Shown here piece by piece: positions 10,915 to 22,349 of a stretch of 34,855 nucleotides of DNA. The stretch is from Salisapilia sapeloensis CBS 127946 (taxonomy: Eukaryota; Protista; Oomycota). Position numbers and translations under genes: made by a program. The number at the start of each line of letters is the position of its first letter. The stretch's first letter is position 1. Location of the stretch: positions 1 to 34,855 of the forward strand of contig JAADVB010000206.1 in NCBI GenBank assembly GCA_023334545.1, given 5' to 3'. The notes below the pieces were generated by a model. The model was not told the origin of the DNA and ran no database searches. It was given only the letters and a program-made list of their open reading frames with translations.

Positions 10915-13900
10915 ATGAGCGAGGTGGGCATGGAGGACAAGCCGACAGCTTCATCAGTTGGAAAGAATGGAGAGAGTGTTTCGACAAATGGGAATGGAAG
11001 TAATAAGGAAGAAAAAAGTTGGCGGACGCAGCCTTTATTGCATTTTCGAGACCTGACGATGGCGACACAGAGTCGAAAAGCACGCTTTACATGCGTGGAT
11101 GCGTCTGAGAATTTCGTTGCATGCGGGTATTATCTTTGAATAGAATGATGATGATTCATGTACTAAGTAGCATCAACAGAACAAACAATGGGAGTGTCTA
11201 TCTTTACGCCACCTCACAGGCGAGGACAGGGCATCAAGCTAAATCCGCTCAAGCGACAGGTATCTCGACTAAATACCGTCTTGTAAAGGTGATTACACCT
11301 CCAAGTAATGACCGAGTCGGTGTCTCCTGCGTAACGATCAGTCCGAATCAAAAGCACCTAGTCGTTGGGACCTCGAGAGGTGTCGTCTATGCCCTACAGC
11401 TATCTGATTACCAAAAGATTGGAGAGAAGATTGAGTTCTCACACGACTTCCACGCCGGATTCCCCATCACTTGCTTCCTATGGGACTCCAAAGGTCATCG
11501 TCTCTTCTCCGCTTGCAACGCCGGTACAGTCTGCCAGACTGTGCTTCGTGCAGGCGTGTCTGCTTTATTCGGCAGCACAGACACCGAGTTGCTACTCAAG
11601 GAAGAGACAGGTATCGTCCAGTTAGATCTCGGCAAACAAGGCAAGCAGCATATACTTCTCGTGTCATCTCAGCTCCGCGTCCTCCTTCTTAATATGTCAT
11701 CTGGAGACGGTAGTGCCGTCCAAGTCGGTACGAAAGCCCGACAAGGTAGCTACGGTGCTTGCTTCTTCACAAATTACGATCCAGAGGCGATTGACCCGAC
11801 GAAAAAGGTTGAAGCAAAGGTCTTTTCAGCTCGACCAGGTCGTCGTGTCTGGATCGCAGATCCCATGTCTGGGAAAGTATCTTCGACACTCAAGTTTCCC
11901 GTGAACAAGCAGCCTTCTTCATTTCCGCAAGAAACCGGATGTGCCTTTGAAGGTAACGTCCAGACACGAGATCTGTCTATCAATCGCGTGTCTCTTTTCC
12001 ATTTCATTCATGAACCATACGTGTCCGAGCCACTACGCAAGCGAACGTTGTTATTGAGTTGGAGTCCTGGCTCCACTGTCTTGTTTCTCTTAGATCCGAT
12101 CGCTGTTGAGATCGTCGAGTGGCATCTCGATCTCGGTGTCATCCACGACCTAAAAGTCCTGAATGACAAGGTCTTTGTCGCACTACATGGAGAACCACCA
12201 CGTGTATCCATGGTTCAGTCTTGTACTGCGCAACAGTTCTTAGATACGTATGCTAAGGGAGATGTCCGCAAATCGGTGGAACTTGCGTTGGAATATCAAA
12301 TGAACGATGTACTTGTGCTGGAGCAATTGCAGCATCAATGGTCTAAACTAACGGAAGATCAGCCAGAGGAAGAGAAAGATGACGACGCCGAAAATATGAC
12401 AAATCACCTGGATAGTTTATTGACACATGCGAGAGAGCTAGAAGACAGACACCAGTCGGATGAGTACTCCAATGTGCACTCGATCGAGCCTCTGCAGATC
12501 GTGTACAAGCAACGTCCTCAGTCCACTGCTTCGATCGACCTTCCGTCTGTAGATGAAAGTGAAATCTCTTCGCTCCACGTCTCTCCTTCGTCTACTGACG
12601 CTGCCGTGACACTAGCCACTGGCAAACATCATTTGCACAAGCAGAATGAATACTCTGATGTCCTCGCTCCTTCCTTTACATCTTCTTCGAAAAGTATTTT
12701 GACGCCAGACGGATCGAACGTACAAGCTAGGACAGTGCAAGTACCTTTCCATACGAAAGGCGATCCGATCGTTCGAGAGGAAGACAGAGAGATGTTCATG
12801 GCGGAGATCATGGCTCGTGTAAAACACTTTGAAGAAGTGCAGGAGATGGATCAGAGCAACATGAATCGTCTGTCGTCGAGACTGAAAGATAGTCTGAATC
12901 CAGATATCGCTGCGAGAGCTTTCTCTACCTTTTTGCCTAGTACGAGTATGCTTAACAATATCATTGATACGTCCACAAGGTTTGGACGAGGACAGTTTAC
13001 TAGTGTCTTTGGCGAGACAGAAGATGTGGAGGATGACGTTCTACTAGACCCTGTGCCTCCGCATATGTACAGCTACGGATGGAAGATCGATGAGAATGGT
13101 GACGAGTACCCAGTCCTTCGAATCGCCATGTCATCGTCTGGTCAGGATAATCGAGTAGACACTGAAGTGCTGTTAGAAGCCATTGCGACAGATTTATGGG
13201 ATACACATAAGAAGTACGAGTCTTTCTTTTCGTCTGTCGAAGAGGATGAGCCAGATAACTTTGATCTGCCGGATTTATTCCAAGAGAATGAAGAGGAAGC
13301 GCTAACGACACGAGCGTCTAGTACGGCAAGTGTGATGCAAGTCAGTGTACAGGATACACATGCAAAGGACTCGAGTGAGAGTAAAAAGTCTGGGCATTAC
13401 CACTCGTCACCAGAGTACAAGAAGAATAGTCAAAATGCTTTGAAACGATATCTTCATGCTACTGCAAGTAGTGAAGTAAAGACGCAGTCGATGGTGAGTG
13501 GACAGCTAGCCACGACGCCGGATCTAGCACCTCTACTGAAACGAGACGCGAATGATCTGGCGGCGGAACTACAGTCCGCAGCGTTGACCGCGGAGAAGAC
13601 CAAGCATTTGACGCAGAGACTGTGGCCTGCAGCAGGGATCACGCGTGTATGCGCTTGCTTAACGAACCTCTTCTTGCTCCAAGGAGACATGAAGAGGGTG
13701 CTATCAACGATCGGGTCGTGGCTTAGCTGCTTCGATCCGACTGCAAGTGCTGAAGATGTTCTTAGTCAGCACAGTGACGATGCGACGGACTTGTCGAGTG
13801 ATGCATCTACGTCTGGTGGATTTGCCAAGGGTGAAGCTTTAGTAGGTGGAGACGGTCTGCCGCTGACGAGAGGCGACTGGAACCTCGTAAGAGCTCTTGT

Positions 13901-15703
13901 ATCGACGTACTTTGTCGTGTTTGCTGCAGGTGATAAGCTTCACATTCGTCCAGCACCGAAAGATGGAGTTGTAAAGACATCTCGAGGTATGGCATTTGCA
14001 GTAGAAATGGGTGCGGTGATGCACTTGGAGGAAGAGTACGACTGGAGCACTCGTGGAGAGAGGGAGAGTAGGCAAGTGTGTACGGCGGATGAAGCAGAAG
14101 AGTTTGTGAACAAGTACGGAGCGTACTTGAATCCAGAATTAGCTGCAGAAGTATGTAGTCTCCGATATTTCCCCGACGCACTGCAAAAACTGTTGGATAA
14201 TGTCATGGCGAATGCGAATATGGCAGAGATTGGCGACGACATGGTGAATAGTATAGCCGAAGGAGATGTAGCTGGTGCGATGCAGCATGTAGAAGAGAGT
14301 GAATCGTTGTGTTTGCTACTGCATCATTTGGATCTGTTGCTGAAGAAGTGTCCAGTGGAAGCAGTGGAAGTATGTTGTCATCAGTATCCTGTTGTGTATC
14401 CATGGAATGTCGAGCGATGTCTCTTTGGATCGAGGTTGACTGGTGATAAAGAGGACTGGCGTACGTTGAAGGATCCGCAACTGAAAGACCAAGTGCATAC
14501 ATACATAAGGTATCTCGTGCGTCTGTTGGAAGTGAAAGGAGAGCAAGCAGGACAAGATCGGATGGTAGTCGATCGATGTCTAAAGCTTTGCTTCTCAGAT
14601 AAACTGATTGTACGACATCTATTTGAAGAGGAAGGACGACGAGGAAAGGAAAAGTGGGTGACGTCACTTTTGGCGCAACCTGAACTCTTCCTCTTTGACC
14701 ACGAGAGTGTTTGGAAGTCATGCCATGAACATGGCATGGCGTCTGGTATGACTGAACTGATGTTGCAGTCGCTTCGAGTAGACTGTACACAAGACAGAGG
14801 AAAGAAGGAGTTGTCTCAGCTAGCTGCGTTCTACTTGAGGAAGAGAGAACTAGATATGTTGGAACGTTTGTGTCTGAAACTGACATGGACGCCCTCATGT
14901 ATCTCAGACCTGATGCGGATTGTATTGGAGAGAGTGATGGAGCATATCGATCGAGGTCTCGAGTGGGAACAGAAACTCGTGTCGAGCACATTGTTCAATG
15001 TTTTTAAGGTCCTGGAAAGCTCTCAAGCGATCGCTTTGCTGGAGGAATTTCAAGACCTTGTGAAAAGAGTTCCACTCACGCTCCTGCAGTCGATTGCACA
15101 TGCAGCTGCACTCGAAGATCGACGCAAGTCGGAAGTTCACCAGATGCTGGAAGTTGTGGATTCGAGTGTCTGGAAGTCTTATCGGGATGCAACAGGTGCG
15201 AAAGGAATGGCTCTTCCGCCGCAAGTTACTGGTGTCATGGAACTAGAAATGGGTATTAGACAGCCATCGCTAGATGATGATCAGTTTGAAGAATGGAAAG
15301 ATGTTGTGGAAGAGCAGAAGAAGTTGAGCTTGAAGGATGAAATGAGTCATGGAGGTGGTGTTGGTCAACGACGCAAGCGCTCTTCCTCGACAGAAGCAAC
15401 GCCTGGTCAATCTCTCATTAAGCGATCGTATGAATATCGTAATAGTGAGTGGGGAGGCGAAGTGGAACTTCATGACAGCACGTGTGCCTGGTGTGAGCTT
15501 CCAGTCGTTTTAATTACGCATGGTACTTTATACTTTTTATTCTTAAAAGAAAAAGAATATTTATTGATATGATACTCGTAGATAATGAAAGCATGGAGGT
15601 GGTCGTTCTGCCATGTGGACACGCATTCCATGCACTCTGCTTGCAAGATGAAAGCTGTTCCATCTGTCTAGACGCCAACTTGACGACATTGTGTACGAAT
15701 TAA
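10915..15703 (+). CDS. HPS5/TECPR2-family beta-propeller protein with an alpha-helical C-terminal half and RING-H2, 3 exons
   Basis: IVQLD..LLVSS..QVGTKARQGSYGACFF..SARPGRRVWIAD matches the HPS5/TECPR2 N-terminal propeller. The last exon gives CAWC..PCGHAFHALC..CSIC (C3H2C3). Stop TAA 15701-15703. Confidence 0.85.
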
Positions 15704-15815
15704 AGTGCATGAGTTGGGGTAGGACGTTCAAGGTAGCAAATATACATTGAATCAGCTCACATTTTTACCAAGGAATTACAAGCATCGACTAGTTTTCCGC
15801 AAATACAAGCAAATT

Positions 15816-18637
15816 TTATTCAACTTGGTCCTTAATAAAGTCCACTTGACGTAAGAAAGCTTTTAAGCGTTCTTTCTCATCGTCTTTAAAGTTTTTGTTA
15901 TGGCCACAATGAAGAGGTAGAAGGTCACCTAACGAAGTTTCGTCCGGACAGAGGACTTTTTTCTTGTCTCGACAGTCAAGTTCCTTCCACTTGCGTTCAA
16001 TTCGATCGACAAAGTATTGGACCATATTGATAAGAAAGCCAATGTCATCGTCATACTTGACGTTCGGATGCTTTTCAGCGATATGTTGCAATGTATCGTT
16101 CGTCTGAAAGATGGTACGAGGCTCGATGCGCATGCCTTGGCATTCGAACGGAGATTCCGTCGGCATATACCGACGCTCCGGTGTGACTACACCACCCCAT
16201 ACAAGTAGAGACGCTGTCCACGCACGAATGCGGTCGTAGTCACCGTGTTCGGCTGCTTCAAGCAGACACTGGCCACAGTATCCATCCATGCACGCCACTT
16301 GCATCCAGACGACAGCGACGAGTTCATCTGGGAATACAAGTGGGTGTGTTGGATCTAACGGCGTGTCGTGACTGATTTCATCTTCTTTGTCTTTACTATC
16401 TACGCCACTGGACTCTAAGTGACCATCCCCTTGCTGTGCTGCGATTGAGTCTCCTTCGGAATCAGAAGACGTCTTGGTCGTATCTGGCATACTCACTTCG
16501 ACATGTCCTTTCGATTCAGACAAGATAGCTTCCTTGTCTGCTTCTCTAGAAGCAGAGTAACGCATGGCTCGACGACCGATGGACAGAGCTGCGCTGGCGA
16601 ATCGGAAGACCATACTTTCACTAAGTGGACCTCCGAGTTTCGGATAGCACTCGGCATCAGAAGACTGCCTTGTGGATGCAGTTGAGTTACAAGAGGAGAG
16701 AGGAGAGTTCGTGCAAACGCTAACTGGTTGTAGAATCCAGTCGGAAAGAGAAAAGTTGCTATCAGTCGCATCTTCTTTCGTCGGTTCCGACATGTCTAAA
16801 CGTAATGATGCCTTTGGGATTTCTCCCAGCTCGTCTTGTAATGCCACACGCAGCGCCACACCTGACTTTAGTGATGCTGGGTCTAGAATGACCTCGTCAC
16901 GAGCGTCAGAGCAGAGGATCTTGGGACACTTTGCATACAGGTAGTTGGATGTGCTGTCTGTATCCCAACGCGTGACGTATCGAACGGTTGATCCAGCCCA
17001 TCCACCAACAAGACGTTGGGCTAACGCTGGCAGACTGCTCAACGTCCGGTCTGCGATCATAACATCTACCTCTGGGCAATGCCGCGCGACGTACGCTGCG
17101 GCTAGACCACCGATCGATTCACCATGTACTGCTAGTTTACCTACTTTTCTTTCCTTCTTCAAGTACTGTACGATAGCTGCTGCATCCAGATTGTTATCTG
17201 GTGGAGACGGAGAGCCGACATTTCGACCGTATCCTCGGTAGTTATACAGGAGCATATTACACTCGAGTGTTTGTGTGTAAAAGTGAAACCAGTCCATTTG
17301 CATCGGATGGAACTCGTATAGACCTCCGTTCGGATTACAAAAGAGTACTGTCGGTCGATCACTTTGAAGACTGGATGCTGGGATGAACATCGCGTCGATA
17401 CGATGTCCGTTATGTCCATCAATCCACACTTGCTCGCCACCGTATTGGACGGATAAGCTAGCACGCATCATGTCTAACGTCGCGACAGAATCGACGTCTG
17501 GAGGTGTGCTTTGACAAAGAGCTTTTGCGAGTGATAAAGGTGTTCGCTTTGACGCAGCATTCTCCTCTTCTGACGGTCCGACAAGTTGCATCGCTTCTCG
17601 TAGATTCGATATGGATGCTGCAAGATTAGGAACGACATCACGTGCGGATGTGGCGGTAGAAGTATTTGCAAGACTTTTGTTTTTCGTTGGACCTGTTGTG
17701 TTTTGAACTAGATCAGATAGAATTGGCTTTAAGGAGCTCGTGTGCATCGATCTCAAGTCTCGTAACACATCCGCGATCTCTTTCCCATCAGAACTTAGTT
17801 CATAGTCCTATCGGAAGGCAATTAGACGGACGTTTTGGCTGTATAATGGATGGAAGCTACCTGTTCGACGCGATCAAGAGTGTCTAGCAATGGGTTCGCA
17901 ATGGATTCCATGGCAAACTCCAGATTCTGCTGTGCCTGCAGTAGCTTAACGCGAAAGGATGCCTGGACTAGACGCGTACTTGTGGTCGAAACAGATTCAG
18001 AATCACCGAGGACGGTAGCTACTTCCACCAACGCTTCTATAAATGTTCCTATCCGACGCTTAATAGCCCTCGCGTAGCTCTTTTCTCCATCACGAATGAC
18101 CATGGACAATTGACCAGGATATGAAATGAGAGAAATGAGGCGATAGATGCCATAAGTGATTGCGATGGCTACAGCCAATACTACTCCCGGCATCGTAATT
18201 AACGATGCTAAGAGTCGGAACAGCCATCTACATGATTGCAAAAATGTGTTGTGAGAATGAGCTGGACTTCATGTCACTTGAAACGAGTCTACCCGATCGA
18301 TACGAAGAGCGCATTAAAGACGAGGTAGGCGATCAAAGTCGGCAGTGGATACTATTCATAAGTTATTAGTCATCAACTTGCATCATAGCTGACGTATAGA
18401 TAGCATACCAATACAATGAATCGCCATGGAAACCACAGTTGGTGCGCCAAGGACGTCGCTGCTGCATGCTAATCAGGTAAAATCATACTCCGTTATCACT
18501 CGCTAATCAATTCTTATATGAAGACATATGCATCCTACTTGATGAGGATGACTTGAAGGACCATGCGGACGTCCACAATTACATCCATCCTCGCTTTCCA
18601 AGGCCATGACGGCAGGTACCGCAGCGTCAGCCTCCAT
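15816..18637 (-). CDS. Membrane-anchored alpha/beta hydrolase (ABHD12/13/16-like), about 5 exons
   Basis: RPTVLFCNPNGGLYE, YNYRGYG, nucleophile elbow HGESIGG, ADRT, candidate Asp (RDEVI) and His (CGHN). Upstream exons spliced by hand give hydrophobic segments (TLIAYLVFNALFVSIGWLF, GVVLAVAIAITYGIY). Confidence 0.85.
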
Positions 18638-18682
18638 CTCACGTAATAAGTATTAAGGAATCGAATGTATTTTTAGCCAATT

Positions 18683-18696
18683 AGAATCGAAAATGA
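18683..18696 (-). promoter_or_regulatory. Candidate INR/FPR core promoter of the alpha/beta hydrolase gene
   Basis: Minus strand TCATTTTCGATTCT, 45 nt upstream of the ATG at 18637; imperfect FPR half. Confidence 0.4.
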
Positions 18697-18776
18697 GATG
18701 CGTCCACTCTAACTAGAACGACCTATAGAGATGCATCCGGTCAATCTACTTGGCCATTTGCACGTACGTTAACGTA

Positions 18777-20760
18777 TTAATGTGATGTCTGAGGTGTCGT
18801 AGCCCGTTTGCCACGTTTGCTTTTGCTCACGACAAGTCCCGTGAGTTTCTTTCGCATTTGTCGTCCGATAACCGGTTCATCCTCTTGTCCTTTGCCGATT
18901 TCGATCGTTTCTTCCTCGTCATGGCTTGTATCGTTCCGTTTTGGTGGAGATGCTGGAATAACTGGCGATGGCATTGGTAAGCAGCCTCTCGATTTAGGTC
19001 GGACACGGACGTTGGCTGGGGAAGTGTCTGGTTGTGACATCCGGAGGATAAAGTGCTCTTCACTTTCAGTTGGTGCAGGCGTTCGGCTCTTGATATCGAA
19101 ACCAGGTGTATCGGGAGCACCACCAGTGTTTGATTCGCTTCGATGCAACTCTCGCTCGGCTTTCTCGCGATTAATCACATCCATCACACGATTTAGCTTG
19201 TGCTCCACGACTTGTAATAGCTCTGGCGTTGGTAACTCGATCGCTTTCCGATCTTCCTGTGGCTCATCAAAGTCGGATGATCCTTGGATCGTATGTAGTT
19301 TTGCTAGACACTTCACCATGCACGACCGGAAGGTGTCCATCGCGAGGCTGCTGCGATTCACCTTTGTTGATAACGACATTGCTTCCTTGTCAATGTCCTT
19401 GAGCTGCTCCGCTGTCTTATCCATCTCCTGGTATATCGTTCGTGAGTTGACAGCAGCACTACGCAAATGAACGAGCGTCGAGTTCAGGTCTTTATGGCGC
19501 TCTTTAAGTCGTCGAAGCTTTGTGTCTGCAACAGCATGCTCTTCCTCCAAATTCTTTAAAGTCGTCTCTCTACTCTGATGTTTCGCAATTATACGCTCGA
19601 CTTCATTCGTACCTGCCGCAACGACAAGTTGCTTGAACTCGGATTCAATCGCAGTGAGTCTACCATCCGTCGTGGAAAGCTCATCCTGTAACTCAGAGAA
19701 ATGCATCATCTGTGTCGAGGACTCATGACGCAACCGCTTCGATTCACGCATCCGCATAGCACCAAGAGCATCCGCGACGTATTGCTTTCTCGACACCTCA
19801 CGCTGTTCGAGTATGTCGTATTGCAACTTGGTCTGATCCACTGCTTGCCGCATCGCGTCCAAAGCTCGAATACTTTCCTGCTTCTGCTCCCAACGGTTCT
19901 CATAGATCTTTTTGAACGCAAGCTCGGCATTCGATTTCTCTCGTCTTGCAGACATGAGCGTCGAAGTACTAAGGGTTGTATCTTGACGCAAACCTTGCAG
20001 TGCTTGTTCCTTTTCCATTGTCATCTTCCTAGCTTCCATCGCTTCAGCTGATAACCTCTCAATCATGTGAGTGTATACACTGCGATCCGACATCTCTTCT
20101 TCCAGCTTGGATTCGTATAAGTTTGACTTGTTCAGTATGTTATTAGCCTGGTTTTTCGCTTGGTTCGAGTCTTGCATTCGGCCATTGAGGGTCATGCTCA
20201 TGTTACTGATCTCTTCCTCTAATTTCTGTTCAAGTGCGTGTTAATGACTGCCACATATATACATGAGCGCATGAGCCTACCTTGATCTCCATCTCTTTCT
20301 GACTGTTAAAATTTTTGCAGGTGTCGTAGTCCTAAATCAGACGAAAGATCGTGAGTATTAGCTTTAGTTATGAGCTCGCTAGTGATGGTACCCGTCGAAG
20401 TGAAGATACTTCGTCAATTTCCTTCTCAACAAGCTGGGTTTCTTCACCGATAGCAATGCCCATGGATGACAGGAAGGACTGGACGGAAGGCGGTGCAATT
20501 TTACTATCCATGTTACATCCCATTCAGTCATACGATCACATTGTTAGTATAAACGTAGCGTACGCCTTTGTCGATAGTAGCCCACGCCTAGGAGTAGAAT
20601 ACCCGCCGACATTCGTTCCGGGTACTTTAGACTCGGCAGCATTGTTCCCACCAGAGATCCATCGCTGTCTTCCTCCAAAAGTACCTTTTGTCCGATCACC
20701 ATGAGATGCCTCTGTCGGAGGAATTTGAATCGTTAAATCTCCATCTTCATTCTGCTGCAT
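18777..20760 (-). CDS. Long coiled-coil protein resembling outer dynein arm docking complex subunits (CCDC151/CCDC114 type), about 4 exons
   Basis: Extended heptad pattern; FKQLVVAAGTNEVERIIAKHQSRETTL resembles the ODA-DC F.KIK.ATG..D..IV.RF..Q.ET motif; three GT-AG introns join MQQNEDG.. to the 474-aa ORF. Confidence 0.65.
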
Positions 20761-21018
20761 CCCGAACGTCTGAACTGTATCAGATCTAAGTCTCTACGGT
20801 CTCACCACCGTATATCACGTACGGAATAAAGTTTTATTTGCAAATCTCGGATTCGTTGAGGCGAATCACATGCTGAAGACGAGTGCATGCATGCTATTAA
20901 TAGTCATTAAAACGTTTTATGTTATGTACATGGAAATCTACAAGTAAAAATACACAAGTACTTGTACTGTAGCCATTTGCCTCATCGTTTGTATCATCAT
21001 TTCGAACACGCTGTTGGA

Positions 21019-22334
21019 ATGGCAGGAGAAGAGTTTTTCGAAGCGTTAGGTGGTTGTCGGGACGTGGAAGAGTTTGAGAAGCTAAATCGTATTGGGGAAG
21101 GAACGTACGGTACAGTCTATCGTGCAAGAGACCTTAAATATGACCGTATTGTCGCTCTGAAGCGTGTCATTTTACATAATGAAGGAATCGAAGGGGTAGA
21201 TGGACAGTGGATGGAGTGGAAGGATGCAAATTGACGATCATGATACTGTAGTTTCCGATTACTGCGATTCGAGAGATCAAGTTACTCAAGCGGATACATC
21301 ATCCGAACTGTGTTCAGCTCTTTGATGTCGTCGTTGGCCGCAAGCGATCGAGGTAGGATGCATCGTATACGCGATTCTACCAAGTACCTTATGCATGCTC
21401 TAGTGTGTTTCTAGTATTCGAGTACTGCGAACATGACTTGTCGTTGCTACTAAAGAATCATGGTGCTACTCGCCACGTTTTTAAGGAATCGGAAGCTAAG
21501 CGCATTCTGCTATCTGTCTTAAAAGCTCTTCGTTCACTGCATGCACAAGGGATAATCCATCGAGACATCAAGCTATCAAACATCCTCTACGACAGATACG
21601 GAACAGTCAAACTAGCTGACTTTGGGCTTGCAAGAGAACGCAGTCCAATTGTTTCGGACCAGCAGCTCACGTCCAAAGTCGTCACTTTATGGTACCGAGC
21701 GCCTGAGATTCTACTCGGCTGCAAGACGTACACTTCGGCTGTAGATATATGGGCTTGTGGTTGTATTTTTGGCGAACTGTTGCTACAAGAGCCAATGATG
21801 CCAGGAAAAAATGATCTGGACCAGCTCCAGTGGATGTTTAAAGTCAGTCTAGTACACGACAGCAACGTCTCAATATCACTAAGATCTCGTCGATGTAGGT
21901 ACTAGGCCGAGCGACGGAAAAAATATGGCCGGACATGTACTCGTTGCCGAATGCAGAGCACTTGGCATTTGATACTTCTCGATACACTTTTAATCGACTC
22001 GAAACGATGTTTCCAGACCTCTCGGCAAACGGCATTACTCTCCTGAACTCGATGCTTGCGTATGACCCATCCAAACGTTTATCCGTAAGCTACTTCATAG
22101 TAAAGAGGAGTTCTTGTGAGCTTATCGTTGATATGACTGCAGGCGGATGAAGCTATCAACCATCCATACTTTCGTGAACGACCATTTCCACAGGACGAAG
22201 CCATGATGCCGACGTTTCCATCACCACATCCGGAGATGAAAGACGCACCGACGTCAGATCAAAAGCATCGTCTTGCACAAGACCAGCGCTTCGGTAGTGC
22301 TTTTGATAACGCTTCGAAACGACGCAAAGTATAA
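21019..22334 (+). CDS. CDK10: Cyclin-dependent kinase 10-like, about 5 exons
   Basis: GGCRDVEEFEKLNRIGEGTYGTVYRARD, FEYCEHDL, IIHRDIKLSNIL, DFGLAR, KVVTLWYRAPE and C-terminal PYF.ERPFP....MPTFP are typical of CDK10/11, with the N-terminus closest to CDK10. Confidence 0.88.
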
Positions 22335-22349
22335 CTCGGAACAGCACGT

